A stretch of DNA of 64,000 nucleotides from Amphiscolops sp. MND2022 (lineage: Eukaryota), in contig OZ076409.1 in assembly GCA_964187785.1 (NCBI GenBank), forward strand, positions 36,520,001 to 36,584,000. Reading direction: 5' to 3'. Position numbers and translations under genes: made by a program. Positions 27,401-40,319 of this stretch are shown piece after piece (the first letter of the stretch is position 1; each line of letters begins with the position of its first letter). The notes under the pieces are model-generated. The model was not told the DNA's origin, ran no database searches, and saw nothing but the letters and a program-made list of their open reading frames with translations.

Positions 27401-30400
27401 TTTCCGCTCTCAGAACTTTATTTGTATAGAGGGTGGTAAATCGCCGTCTGTTTTGCGTTTTTAGGAGTCGGAAAAAAGTTTCGACTACTTATGCAATCGT
27501 GTCGTTTTTTCTCCCGACCTTTCGCACAGTCATTTTACACCCAAAGGGCCACTGCCTGCGCAATAGCATCAAAATCGTATGGCTGGGATGTGAGAAACAT
27601 AGCCAAAATTGGCCCAAAAATGGCCAAAAAACAGCCATTTTTCGACTTTTTTTTTCAATTTTCGCAAAAACTGTCCCTGCGATTCGAACGAAATTTTGTA
27701 CAGTCATTCAGCACCATATTATCGTCCTATGTGTGCAATTTCATCAAATTCGTATGACTAGGATTCGAGCGACTCAGAGGGAAAAAGATCTAAGCCGACT
27801 CCTTTACCGCATATGCTGTTCTGGTTTCCATATTCTGCCAAAAACTCGCTTTGTGATATAATCCATTGAATTTAGTTACGGTGGCCCAGTTGGTCGGGCG
27901 TCTGCCTGCTAGTCAGTAGGTTGTGGGTTCGAACCCGGGCTGTAGGCTGGAGTTTTTTCTGATTTCTCAGGCAGTACATCGCCACCGCCATACTTCTTTT
28001 GCAATACGAGTGTGGCGGAAAATATCCCCGTGCTTAGCACGTTGATTAAGGTGACATGCGCTCTGTCCTTGCTATATGAAATGTAAAAGTGACACTTAAT
28101 TGTATTGTAGTAACTAGCACCTCACAATTCTAATAGTTCCACAAAAACGGCTAAATTCTTTAATTTCGTCAGTTTTATCTTCGATACACCTGAACTGTTC
28201 AAAATAGTTATACCAAAAAATCTTTAATTTTGGCAGTGTCCCTTTTGGCAATCTACATACTGCATTTGAGCTGTAAAGTGTACTAAAGAGTTCTCTTCGA
28301 CAATAACACAACCCATACCGGATTTAACGCAAACCGGAAATAACGATTCTTCGAGAATTTTTCAATGTTACAAAAGGGTCCCCTTTTTTATTTTTAGGAT
28401 ATTTAGAGTTGATACAAAATCATTTGAAGCCAAATGGTCCCTCGTTTGGATTGTTTTCGGTATTTTGAGACCTTATTCTTTTTCAACTTGACCGAACAGC
28501 TGTTTTATTCTCATTACTTTATCATAGTTTATTCAAGCTTTTTTTGGTTTAAAACTTCCAAAACTTTCATCTGGTGAAACGGTACCATCCCGCTTTCATA
28601 GCGGATTTTGGCTTGATTTTCGAGCTGAAAGTTCCTTTTTCGACACTATGAGACTTCCGAAAAAAAATTGAATTGTTTTTTCTGAAGAAAGATTTTTTCT
28701 TCCAGTTAGGAAAATTTGCGGTTTCCGAGTCTTATGTGTACTTTGGGGTATTTTTCGGTACTGAAAAAGTGATATAATTTTAAAAACAGAGTCCTTTGCA
28801 TATTGAAGAAACTTGAGCGGGGCCCCGACTTGGGCCGGTCCCGGCTTGTTTCAAAATTTCTTCCATGTTCGAATCTGTAAAATGTTTCCCTTATATAGTG
28901 CTAATTACATATCATCGTGTCACATTTTTAAATCTTCATTATCAAAGTGTGTCAAACATGGTTTCTCATTTAGAGACTCCTGGCTCCATGGTTTGTCGCA
29001 TGATTGCTATCTGTGAATTCTTCGCAACATCTCATTGACTTGCTGTAGTTTTGAATTCTCTCTTGTCCAAACACTATCTTCACTAAAACAGGGTACCTAT
29101 AATATCAGAACGTCTATCATAAAATAAACGTCTATCATCACGTGCTAGTGTTTTAATATTGTAGTGAAATATTCGAAAAGCTGGTCAAGTTTATGTTTGA
29201 AATGACTAGAAACTCGATAAACTTGAAAAGTCCCTTTATCGGTTTTTTCAAAGCTTTGCAATGTGAAGGTTCGGCACTTTTTCATCAAGATTTTTGAAGT
29301 ACACACTGAAAGTTTCATTTGAAATATCTTCAAATGCACGACACCAAATAAGTCAAAGGCTATGCGTTTTAGGGCTTTCCGAATAAGCTAGACTGTACAC
29401 TAATAATCACCATAACTTCCAAGTTTTGTGTTTTCGAACAATTTGACCTTTTCAATGTATGCGTGAGTTGCCAGTTTGCGTGATTTCGGTGTGTCATTTC
29501 GCTGCTTGTTTTCAGAAGAATTGAATTTGAAGTTTCCAAAAAATAATGGTATTGCAAGCAGAAGACGTTTGAACTGAACAGAAGTAACCTTTGACTTTGA
29601 TTAGACTTTGGTTAAAACTGTCGCTTTTTCTAGACCATATCTTTTTCAACCCTGTTGTCGATTAATGAATAGTATTATTTAGAGAAGTGACCTGGAAAAG
29701 GATCATATGATAAAAGCCTATATAGAATCATATAAATCTAAATTCCTATGACGTTTTTTAATAGGAAATCTTTTTAAGGATCCTATGAAAAACGCACATC
29801 TATATAAAGTAACATATATGATATATCCTTTGATGAAAATTAAATAATCATGTAACAAGACTTGGATTGGATGATTTCCCATTTAGTGTTTTTTTACCAT
29901 TTTGGGGATTTCGTTGTCTCTGGCTATTGTTGACCGGTTTTTGGAAACGTTCTGTCGATAGAAAAACCGAAATAGGTAGGATTGTTTCATATCTAGAATT
30001 TGTTCTCAAAGAATTTTTTGAAAACATCCTCTAATCCATTTTTCCGGTGATATCCTATATAAAACACTCATGAATTATTCACCCTATATAATATAAAAAC
30101 AAAGTCATTTCTGTTTTTTTTTAATATTTGACTAATTCCATTTTTTAAGGTCTTTATTACAATCAGATGACCGCTTCATCCTCTCTCTGATTGGAGGCCG
30201 AGCAATTTTTGCGCTGTTGGGAAAACTGCCAACCTTCCTGTGGAAAGTGCTAGCCTTTTTCTGCCTGCTCACCGATGCAATTTTCCGAACCAAGATTTTG
30301 ACGAAGTTCATAATCCCCAGGATCCTCAACCCAATGGGATTGGAAGGATTCAATTACTTCTTGTTAGATAACTGTAAAACAGAAATTGGAGTTGGTAAGT

Positions 30401-33400
30401 CAATTATTACATTAATCGAAAGAAGTAGTTTATTTAATTCATATTCGAATTTTTAGAAAAGAAATGTCTTCATCAGGAGGGCTGTTTAGTAGAAATGAGA
30501 ATATTGTGATTTCGCAATAGATTATTGATACAATTTGCAGTGAAAAAAAGATTACTGCGATAATTTGTGGATGATATTTTCAAAATATATTTTCGTTTTT
30601 CCTTTTTTTCTGAATTTTTTATTAAGTCTTAGGTATTGCCCAGTTTTTTTTGTGATTTCTACATCAAAAAGCCGATTTTTGTTGGAAAATCGTTTTTCAA
30701 AATTTTTCAATTTTCTGACTTACGACAGAAGTTTTCTGAAAGATAATTATGCTTAGAATTATTTGAAAGAAGTTGATTTTCGCGGTTTAGTTTGTTGTTG
30801 AGAATTGATCGTCCCAAAGTGGTAATAAATACGGAGTCGAGTTTTGACTGATCTCAAAAGCATCTTTTCACTTCTCTCGCGCTCAATTTCTTTAGATTGA
30901 ATCAAGTGGAACCAGTTTCGCAACTTTCTTTCTTTCTCATTTTATCTTCCGTTCCTGGTGCACTATCGACGTTCAAATAGACCTATAGACCTAAAAGTTT
31001 TGAGGAAGAAAAAGTTTTCTGGAAAGCATCCTTTTGTGCCAACAAACCTTTTGACTTGCCGTCAATTCCTTTGGCTAGCAATCACTTCTCAAGAACAGTC
31101 AATGCCGTTCATTTTCAATAGCCGCCGACCTTGGAAGTCACCGTGGTAATTGTATCGTCGCGAATGTATTTATTTAGACAACACCAAGTTCCCACTTTGC
31201 CACGTTTGGGTCTATTGTGCTTCCTGTTTTAGCGCTTCAGCTTTTCAGAGACGAATCTCGTTTCCCGATAGTGATCAACTGCGCACAAGGCAAAGACCGC
31301 ACTGGGTTGATTGTGGCTCTCTTGCAGTTGATGAATGGCGTGGATCACGAACAGATCACACAGCACTATTCTCTGTCTTATGTGCGTACTGTACTGTACT
31401 CTCTCGACTCACAATTTTGAAAACGTTTTGTTGATTTTTCACTAAAATGACTAACTTTATTCTTGCCAGTTTTTACTCAAATTTCACTCAATGAATTTCT
31501 TAGACTTTGCGAAGTTGTCATTAGGAATAAACTTTCCAAATTGTGTCTCTTAAAATGTAAATGTAGATTCCCCTGAAAATTGCTATTACTTGAAAATAAT
31601 GTGAGAAAATTTATATTTTTGTCCGTGAAATTCCTTATTTTTCTAAGCTTTCCGTGCATTTCAACGTGGAGATTAGTTTTTCCTGTGAAACGAGCCCTGA
31701 AATTGTCGAAAATTGCCTGTTACTTTCTACCGTCCCTGATTCACATACCACATTCAAATACGTTTACAGCAGTGGTGACAATTTTCTCCTCTTGTATCTG
31801 ACTGACCTTTATTCAGTCCAAAAATTTGAAAGCAATCGAGTTTTTACAAGTTACTTTGAAATGTGATTGCATCCTGAGTAATAGCATCCCGGAAAGTTCT
31901 ACGAACAAGACGCCCGCTGAGCAGCGGAATATTTTCCGCCCCGAACTGTTCTACAACTACATAAGTTTGAGGCTCAAGAATAAGCCAATGCACTATAAAA
32001 ATGCCAATAACTTCGAAGAAAAGAAAACTTTGATTCATCGTACCCCATTTTAAAGGAAACCCCTAATTTATCATTTCAGAGAGCTGGCCACTTTTCGTTT
32101 TTTCGGCACTATGCGACTTACCGAGAAAAAAGAAAGTTTTCAATAAAATTTTTTGAAAATATTTTTTTAGAAACAATTTTCAAAATTTTTAGTTTTCGAG
32201 TTTTTCTGTAAAGGAAACAAGTTTCCCGAGTCTTGAGGGTGACCTCTTTGTTACTTTTGATCACGTGGAACTGACGAGTTTTCTTCTTGATTGTGGGAAA
32301 TACCTCATTCAAGTTTTTTTCGACTCTGTACCTCTTTCCGAAACTTTCATTTGGTCAAAATGTACCCCTTGCTTTCAAAGCACATTTCGGCTTGAGAAAA
32401 GCAGTTTCGCGAGCTGAAACTCGTTTCGCCATAAATGGTAAAAGGGAAAATGGTAAAAGCTTGAAATTAGGTCTGTTTCAAATTTAGGAAAGTTGAGCGA
32501 ACCCGGTTTGTTATATTATTGTAAATTGTTTCACCAGAAGTGTCAAAAATTGCAAATAGTTTTGACAACTTTAGGGTCAATTTGAGGAACTTTTCGAACA
32601 TGAATCTACAGATGTCTCTTCAAAAATAAGCCACTGGACACCGAGTTTAGCTGTTGTTGAATGTTTACACCATTCTAACCCACGAGTAGCTCGAAACATC
32701 TTTTTTAGGAAGATGTACTCCATATCTAGTGAATTTGCTTGGAGGTTTTTGAATAACAAATATTGGCCAAGTGAGGTTGAAATTTACGTTTTCAAGTAAA
32801 GTATTTGAAAGTTGTGCAAATGAACTTGTCTGATATCTTTTCGGAACACTACCGGTAGCTAGACGTTTCAATCCTGAGCCTATGATATTTCTGATTGAAG
32901 TAAGTTTTAGGAAAGTGTCCAAAATTGGGACTATATTGTCGAAAATAAAGAAAATTCGGAAACTTTGACATCTTTGCTGTAAACTCGGTGAACTTCATGC
33001 CCATTTTTCCCCTAATTGCGTTTTGAGTACTCTATTGTTTAAACGCTGAGGTCATTGAAATTTCTCTTGAACAAATTCGGCTTGAACAAAAATGGGATTA
33101 GTTTGTCAAACATTGTGCTTTTTTGTTGTTTCATGGATTTTTGGGTGTTTTTGAGACCATTTCCAACAAAAAATGCAGTTATCTCAGGAAAATTGCCTAC
33201 TGGAGATACCCGGATTAGTTAGTGTTGAGTGTTTAAAACGATTTTATGCAAGGAAGTAGGTCAAAAAAATAACAAAAAACTGCCTGAAATTGTAAAAAAA
33301 ACTTGAAAATTTTCAGTTTTTCCAAAATATTCAGTTTTCCAAGGCTCACCGAAACAACAAGTTTGCCCACGCCTTAAGTGTTTAAACACTGTAGTCCACG

Positions 33401-36400
33401 AAGTCTATCGATATTTTGACAAAAAGTGGAAAAAAGGAATTTGATAATTTTTCGAAATTTTGTCTTTTTCGATCTCGATTCCGGACAATTTCCTATTGAA
33501 AAACTATTTATCTCTTTTCTAAGCATACTAGACCACACTTTTTTTCCTTGTTGACCCTTTTCAACGTTCCAATTGGCGAAGTCTGTAAAAATTTGGAAAA
33601 AATGCATGAAATCTTTGAAAGTTGGAAAATTTTGTGTTTTTTTTGTCAATTTCGGTGTCAATTTGAGACATTTTCAATCAGAATATTGCAATTTTCTTCA
33701 TTAAAGTTTACGGGAGGTACCAATTTTTTCATTGTTGACCCTTCAAAACATTCCAATCCACGAAGTCTGTGAAACTTTAACAGAAAAGGCATAAAATTTT
33801 ACTTTGAAAGTTGGAAAATTTTGTGTTTTTTGTCAATTTCGGTGTCAATTTGAGACATTTTCGTTTGGAAAAATGCAATAAACTCTTTAAAATGGTCACT
33901 GGACAACCAACGTTTTCCTTGTTGACCCCTTAAAACATTCCAATCCACGAAGTCTCCAAAATTTGACGAGAAATGCGTAGAAACTTTGAAAAATGGAAAA
34001 TTTAGGGACTTTTGTCATTTTCGGTGTCAATTTGAGACTTTTTTCAGTGAAAAAACAGCCATTATCTTTTCGGAAACGCCTACTGGACAACAAACCTTGT
34101 ACCATGTTGATCGTTTTCAACATTCTAGTCCACGAATTTTATCGAAAATTTGACAAAAACTGCTTAAAAACGTTAAAAATCTGGAAATTTTTGGTTTTCT
34201 TTGTCGTTTTTGGGTCTTTTTCTTTCCAAAAAACCGCATTTATCTCTTCATAAACGACTACTGGACAACGAGTTTTTGTCTTTGTGAATCTTTTCAACAT
34301 TCTAATCCACGACATTTATCGGAAACTCGACAAAAATTGCATTAAAACGTAAAAAAATGCAAATTTTCTTTTTTTGGGGTCATTTTTAAGTTATTTTGGG
34401 GTCATTCTGGGGTCCTTGGGGTCAACTAAAAAAGTCCGGAAATCTCCACAAATACAATTCGCACGAAGCTAAATTTATGTGAGCTGAATTCTATGAGTGA
34501 AACCCTTTAGCTTTGATATAAATAAATTCTTGGCAAATTTTGTAAAAAAAAAAACCAGTTCGATTTAATTATTTTCCTTTCCCATATGAAATATGGGCGG
34601 AAAATAACAATAACTTGGACTCTTATCCTTCGCTCTCTGCGTATCTAGTTAGCTTATGAATCATCTGCAACAAAGTTTGAGGAATGAAACTAACTTGGTT
34701 ATTGAAATGGGAATGGTCTGTACAATGACTAGATTGACCTTGTTCTTAACTTGGGTCATATTTGCCCTTCTGTTGAGCGACAAGCGTAGCATTTGGAGAA
34801 GTAATGTCTTTCTCAACAAAACGAAATGCCTAATGAACTCTTTTCCGGTTAAACAAAATGCGTGGTAGCTCACTTCATTCATTGGTAATAAACGCCTACC
34901 TTTGCTAGTAATTTATGATCTATGAAATATCAGCTGGTTTCACCACAACAAAGCAATGATTCATTTGAATAACAGCCATTTCAAAACATAATATGGAATT
35001 TAAATAGTTGGTTTAGGAGTAAACTTGGTTCTCTAGTAACCTAATCTTCAAGAAAAGCTAATCAAGAGCCCTTCAAGTATTTAATATGCTGCAACTAGAA
35101 CCAGAAAATCGAATATGCATAGAAACCACTTATCTTACTATAACGTATCCCATCATCAAACTGTATTCGGGAATTCTTTGAAGACTTGAAAATTTTAAAA
35201 CTGATTTTTTCCATCAAATTTTCGAATAATTTTTAGGTAACATTTAATACTTTCTGGGATTTTGTGCATGGACAATTTATAAATGTTCTTTAGTTTTGTG
35301 AACGCTTGTTGAATTCAGTCTTTTGATGGTTTCATTCATCAAAATTCGCTTCTGTTTGTCGCCCACTTGTTTTCCAATTTTCGATAGAATTCAAAAATGC
35401 TAATTAGAAGAAAAATATTGCCTTGATGTAGTTAGATTCGTGTGGGATTTATATTCAGCAAATTAAGAGCGAGTCTAAAGATAGATCAAAACCAATTGTT
35501 GACAAAACTGCGCTTGATGTGCTACTGAGTTCACTCAACCTCTTGTCTATGGTTCAAACGCAAGACTTGATTCATTATTGTTCATTAATCGCGTTGATTT
35601 ATCGAGTTTTGCCACTGCAATGTTATTTCTCTGATTTTGAAGTATTTTCATTGAATAAATAACTTTTTCGGTGTCGGGAAAAAACGCTCAACGAAATAAC
35701 ACCATAGGAAAAAACGCCCAAAGCTTAAAGACGTCAATATACAGTGCTGTGATAAAGAAATGGAACATAAGGCTGTGATAAAGAAATGGGATTTTCCAAT
35801 TTTCCTCCATTGTTGCCTAAATAAACAAGGTATCGAGGGTTTATTTGGCATGGCCTCCTCTCGTTGTTCCATCTTCAAAACCGTTTCTTTCCAGAGCAAA
35901 TCGACTTTTAAACGATATGTTTGGACAAAGGATATGTCACAAAAATCCGACCATTTTTGGAAAAATGTGCTGTTCTCGGGCGAAACAATGATCGAGTTGT
36001 TCCCAAAACGGAGGAACTTTGTCCGTCTACCCAAACAGAGTAGAAGTCTGCAAAAATATGTTGGTCAACACGCTAAATTCTGTCGAAAAAAGACTGTCGT
36101 AAAATCGGCGTACATATGCTTTGCATGTAACACATCGGTTGCAGCGAAATCCACTGTTTTATACTTTGTAAAAATCAGCTCTTAGAAAGGTTTGCGGACA
36201 AGGGTTGATCATTTGCTTCAGGAGCTGCTGAAAGGCACTCAGCTGCTGTCAGAAATTGGGAAGAAGTACAAACTGAATGAAGATTTCGAGTCGTCTAGGG
36301 AGGAAACGATGAAACATATCATAGAATACATAATCAATCAATACACCTCAGTGACTCACTACCTGGAACAGTGTGGTCTGTCAGCCGACGACCAATCCCT

Positions 36401-38501
36401 CATTCGCAGAAACCTGGAATTGGGCGGAAGCCTTGCCCCCTATGACTCACATGGTGACGGAGTGCAATCTCAAGCTGTGTCAATCGAGGTCCAACAATTC
36501 GGACAAGGTTTGACGTCAGAGAAAGACACAGCCAATCAGAAAGTGAACCTGCAAGTGATGCGTCCTGCCAGTTCTTTTGTAATTGCAGGTAATGTAACAT
36601 GTATTTTATTTCAATCTAAATCTTTACTACTTTGTGTTGCCAATCATACTTGGATTCGGTATGCACGGTTCAGTTTTTGGACTTAGGAGTCAATTTTTGG
36701 ACGACTAAGGGTTCATTCATTTTCCGTGTAATCGCTTTTGATAATTTGCAATTCTTTCTTCTTGGTTGGACGTTTCAAACATTTTCCGATGTTTTCAAGA
36801 AGCTTGAAAGGCTTAAACAGTTAATATGTCTGAGAAAAACTATAATGCCAGGTTGTATTTACATATTTTCAAATGTTTTTGCCAAAATGGTTTCTGTCAT
36901 CCACAAGGTTTTTCTGTTTTCCATTTTGTCTTCACTGCAATTTTTGCGTAAGAATTGACGTGAAATTTACGAGAGATCGCTTCAAAGAATGGCTTTACCT
37001 ATATTAAAAAATTGAATGAAGCTAAAGGGTCCTAAGGGGGTTTCTCGACATCGTTCAACTTTTTTAGTCGGCGCTTTTTTTTAAAGAAAAGAGTCGACTA
37101 TAGTCATGGTTTTTTGTCAGCGTTTTTTTCGATACATCTGAAGTGACCAAAATAGTTCTACCAAAAGTTCTACAAAATCTTAAATTGTAACCTGTTGGCC
37201 CAGGGACCTGAACCAAAAAGGTTTTCTTTTTTCCGCGTGTCATACAATACCGGGCGAGACTAATCCCCCTTTCGTTTTCAGCATTGTCCGACTTTTTTTC
37301 GAAAATTTCTTTCCACCAAAAGGTCCCTCTTCATTTTTTTGAGTTTTGCGACGGCATGGATGTTGAAAAATCCCAAAGGGTCCTCCTTTCAGTTTTTTTT
37401 TGCATTGAGACTCAAAAAATTTTCGGGTGCTGTAGAAGAGATTACTTTGACACTTTCAAGTCCTTTTGCTATTTTTGAGCCTTAGATATGGCACCTATTT
37501 GGACCGGTCCTGGCTTGTTTGATTCGGTAAAAGTTTCACAGAAGGATCGTCTTTGGGCTATTTTGATGTATTCTGTACGAGAAAGCTTGTTTGAGCTTAA
37601 AGAGGCTCTCTTTTTTTGAACTTTTTGGGCGCAGTGAACATTCACCGATTTTTTCTTGAAAACCCCCTGTGATCTTAATTGAAACAAGTTTTTTTGAGCT
37701 TGAGACGGGCGCCGACTTGAGAGGTCCCCGTCTTTTTTTCTTCGAAAGATTTGGTTTTGAAACAATTACAACAAAGACAGTTTCAATGTCTTCCACTTCA
37801 CGGCGATTTAAACTCTACATGCATCCCTCTCCATTTTTACGTGTTGATTTGTTGGCGAGGCCAGTGATGTACAATATAACTCATGAGTTTAACTCGATTT
37901 TAACTTATTAGTTGAGTGGAAGTTAAATAAAATTTTGCGAGTTAAACTTATTGAACTCGATTTATATAGACCACACGCGCCAACTTGCAACTCTATAAGC
38001 CAAGAAGTTGAACTCTTTGTGTCTACTGAAGATGCTCAAGGCACTAAGTTTGAGTTCTTTTCCCGATACAAGGCAAATCCGAAATCCCAAGCTGTATGAA
38101 TATGCGAGGAAAATACTGCCTGTTTTACCCTTGCCAGCAATAGCTGAATGTTGTTTTTCTAAAGCTTCGTTTCTGAGGGAGAACAGGCGAGGCTTTAATT
38201 CTAAACAAAATTAGATCAGCTCTGACGGACGTAGTGTTGTTTAGACGTGGACCGACCAAATGAGTCAGTAGTGGATGTGGAAGTAGACCCCAGCGCGGTT
38301 GTTGTCTCAGAAACCAACGAGAACCATGGCAGTTCCCAGAAGTTGGTGGAATCAACAAATGTTGACATGGAGAACACTTCACAGGAGAGATGTAGCGTAA
38401 CCCTCGATCCCAATTCACCCCCTTACGAACACCCTATGGTGGTTATAGTCGAGAACGGACAACATCAGGATGAAACAACTACCTCAGAAAGCCATACATA
38501 G
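21469..38501 (+). CDS. Tyrosine/lipid phosphatase of the Y_phosphatase3 (MptpB/IphP-like) family, 5 coding exons, ~447 aa: 21469-21758, 30150-30394, 31233-31381, 36186-36588, 38245-38501
   Basis: All four introns are GT..AG with compatible phases (2,1,0,1); the exons total 1344 nt and stay open. Family motifs appear in order: 'IPNFR', 'VFRSSRLD', 'GLKTILDLRSSRE', P-loop 'INCAQGKDRTGLIVALL', 'ITQHYSLS', 'QYTSVTHYLEQCGLS'. An acceptor ttttacag at 21456 suggests an upstream UTR exon. The last exon is low-complexity and less certain. Confidence 0.88.
21925..22499 (+). mobile_element. Family A element copy containing a 22-bp minisatellite
   Basis: TTTTTAGTCGGCGC at 21925-21938; 3' GGCCGTTCCCGGCTTGTT near 22481-22498; ~5 copies of AAGTTCGGATATAACGTTTTCA at ~22183-22300; B-box-like GGTTCGAGTC near 22059. 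Confidence 0.6.
23052..23174. repeat. Near-perfect 123-bp palindrome (61-bp arms, 1-nt centre, 1 mismatch)
   Basis: GGATCTTTCCTGTTAATTTCTCTCAAATTTAAGATTACAGTTTATTTCCCCACAAATTGAA, then c at 23113, then the reverse complement of the arm. Confidence 0.95.
23190..24925. mobile_element. Second, left-truncated copy of the 16754-17575 TIR element, interrupted by an insertion at 23641-24670
   Basis: Colinear with 16866-17575 on both sides of the insertion (…atttccattga|tataaa…); right end GCTTGCCTATGCACTGTAATG. Confidence 0.8.
23641..24670 (+). mobile_element. Non-autonomous Helitron2/Helentron-like element, family D, with an internal tRNA-like cassette
   Basis: Boundaries are defined by the uninterrupted host copy at ~17317. 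5' CACTTGCGA (23643-23651, also part of hairpin CACTTGC-gataa-GCAAGTG); inverse TCGCAAGTG at 24635-24643; 3' hairpin GCGAAGC-acg-GCTTCGC at 24647-24663. A-box TGGTCTAGTGG and B-box GTTCGAACC lie within 23736-23809. Confidence 0.75.
24926..26469 (-). pseudogene. Decayed hAT transposase (BED finger, DUF659-type core, C-terminal dimerization domain)
   Basis: Fragments occur in order across frameshifts: 'MSGRKRDAIW..VKCIHC', 'IGKFFLAANINFAVVENSHF..LHPGYKPPTRK', 'MISMDGW', 'WFAANALHPRYMG', 'VPSSA*LERLFSTMSFICDSKRNQL'. Confidence 0.88.
27874..28113 (+). mobile_element. tRNA-derived SINE-like element
   Basis: A-box TGGCCCAGTTGG (27882-27893), B-box GGTTCGAACCC (27926-27936), no good acceptor stem; ~150-bp body ending in an ATTGT-type simple tail. 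Confidence 0.6.
31904..34607 (-). mobile_element. Family C element, reverse copy, in intron 3 of the phosphatase gene
   Basis: Reverse-complement similarity to 2320-4663 at both ends (34440-34505 vs 2417-2485; 31905-31960 vs 4610-4663). Same GGGCGGAAAATA inverted pair and CCGCTG-ag-CAGCGG hairpin. Confidence 0.65.
35690..36040 (+). pseudogene. Tc1/mariner transposase fragment (intronic)
   Basis: 'SDHFWKNVLFSGETMIELFPKRRNFVRLP' matches the Tc1 W.nVlfSDEtkielf motif with the first catalytic D changed to G; preceded by degenerate HTH/linker-like sequence. Confidence 0.65.
37061..37520 (+). mobile_element. Family A element copy (intron 4)
   Basis: TTTTTAGTCGGCGC at 37061-37074; 3' 'tttttgagccttagatatggcacctatttggaccggtcctggcttgttt'. 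Confidence 0.65.
37862..38214 (+). pseudogene. hAT element remnant (terminus-like sequence plus dimerization-domain fragment)
   Basis: CAGTGATGTAC start with AACTC/GAGTT subterminal repeats; 'NPKLYEYARKILPVLPLPAIAECCFSKASFLRENRR' resembles the hAT P.L...Ar..l......ER.FS.a motif. Confidence 0.55.
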
Positions 38502-40319
38502 ACCTCGACTGCCTTTCATGTCTGATCTATCGCATTGGCACCTCTTTCTGCACAAATATCAGCCATATCCCTCCAAACTTGTTTGCCTCGTGTGAATCTT
38601 TCTATTTGTGATTTATTTTTTAATATGCCATCTTCACCTCATTTCAATGAACCTCATTCGAATTTTTATCTCAGTACTTAATGTCCATTTTTAATTCAAT
38701 ATGTCGCTGTCTTTGAATTTTTGGGTTTTTCTTCGAATTGGAGTTTAAGGATAAGACGTACATTACGATGCCAATCGGGGGAAAACAGTGACCGCAACAA
38801 ATCTGTTGTAGTCTTATGTGGATTCTTCAACAGCATTATACCTAGTAGGTCTTCGCTCAAAGAACATGCTCATTATTTTCTTCCCGTAGCTTCATTTGTG
38901 TTTCACACTAGCCTACAAAGCAGCCTACCTTTTTTTTCCAAATTCTGATTCCTTTTGCCAGTTGCCCATTTTCTCTGGCACAGTTTTTTTCAACAAGTAA
39001 TTGGTACCTAGATTGATTTGAATGGCACAAGCATTAGAAAAAGGGAATACCAACCACATACCCTTCCACAACAAGTCCTGATGCAACAAACCCCTATAAT
39101 ATTCTGTTGTTACTACAAGCCCCCGCGCAGCGGGCCGCACGAAGTACCGGAAAAAGAGACTAAAATTCTGAAGGAAGGGGCGCGCGGCGACAGGGGCTCA
39201 CCTGACCAAAATGAAAGCCCAATATCAGACCTTTCAAACGCGCTATAGTTCCTCTGGTACGCGTAGTTGTGGAGATATTGATGATTGAATTTTTTTTGGC
39301 AAATTTTTCGAAAATTTTGAAAAACGCCCAGGTCGATTGGGGTTAAAAAATTGAAAAAATCTTCAGAAAACTTGAAATGAACAGTAAGCTACAGTGCGTC
39401 TCAAGCTACACTGCGTTTTTTTGCTGCCTACTACGAAAAGGTGAATTCACATCCAATCTACTGAGGAGAAATTTCCGAAGGGGTATAGATATAATACGTT
39501 CCGTTTTTTTTTAGTGATTTTTTCCAGCATGAATATCATCAGTTGTTCCTACTGCCTAATTGTTTTTATGACTATTTTAATTTTATGTTTCCACCAATGT
39601 TTTCCTGGAAGAAAACCATACTTAGACCGTTTAAGCTTAGCCAATGTTTTGTTTTTACAGTCGATGTTGGTCCAAGCTAGGTATCTTATTTTCGCCAGCA
39701 TTTTTTTCAAAGTTTGTACTTTTTCAAGGTATTGGATACAATCGAAAGATTTGAACGTGCGTGGTTTTTCAAAATTAGTCATTTTTTGAAAAATACTAGA
39801 CTGCTTTATTCCCGTTCATATTTATCAATTCTAAAAGGCTGTTTATATGAAAATTTCTTCGCTTTCAAATGTCAGAAAAAAACTGAAACAACCAGGGAAC
39901 GGCATAAATCGGCGCCATATCTAAGGCTCAAAAATAGCAAAAGGACTTCAAAGTGTCAAGTATTCTCTTCTACAGTACCCTATAGGTATGAGGAAAAAGA
40001 AATTGAAGCTTTTTTGCTATTTTTGAGCCTTAGATATGGCGGCGACTTGGGCCGTTCCCGGCTTGTTATTTTTTTATTGAATTTATTTTTTATGGTATCC
40101 TGTTGAAAGAGATGCGCTTTTTGGGTTCTCCTAACAGGATTGCATATGAAAAGACTCAATTATACGAATTCTTGAATTTATAGTTATAGGATCATTTCTA
40201 TGTTTTTTTCATAGGCCCTGTTCACTCGTCGCCTTTGCTCTCAACTGAGTTACGCTTATTTTATACCAGATTTTTTTCAACCCAAAGATTCTAATTATCT
40301 TGAATCTGTGATATATTTG

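Noticed and set aside
23736..27945. Functional tRNA genes at 23736-23809 and 27874-27945
   Set aside because: A and B boxes are present but the stems do not pair into a cloverleaf, and both lie within repeats.
666..40300. Numerous 60-145 aa ORFs rich in F/K/L
   Set aside because: They are translations of AT-rich repeats (the same peptides recur in repeat copies) with no recognisable motifs, apart from those listed as exons or transposase remnants.
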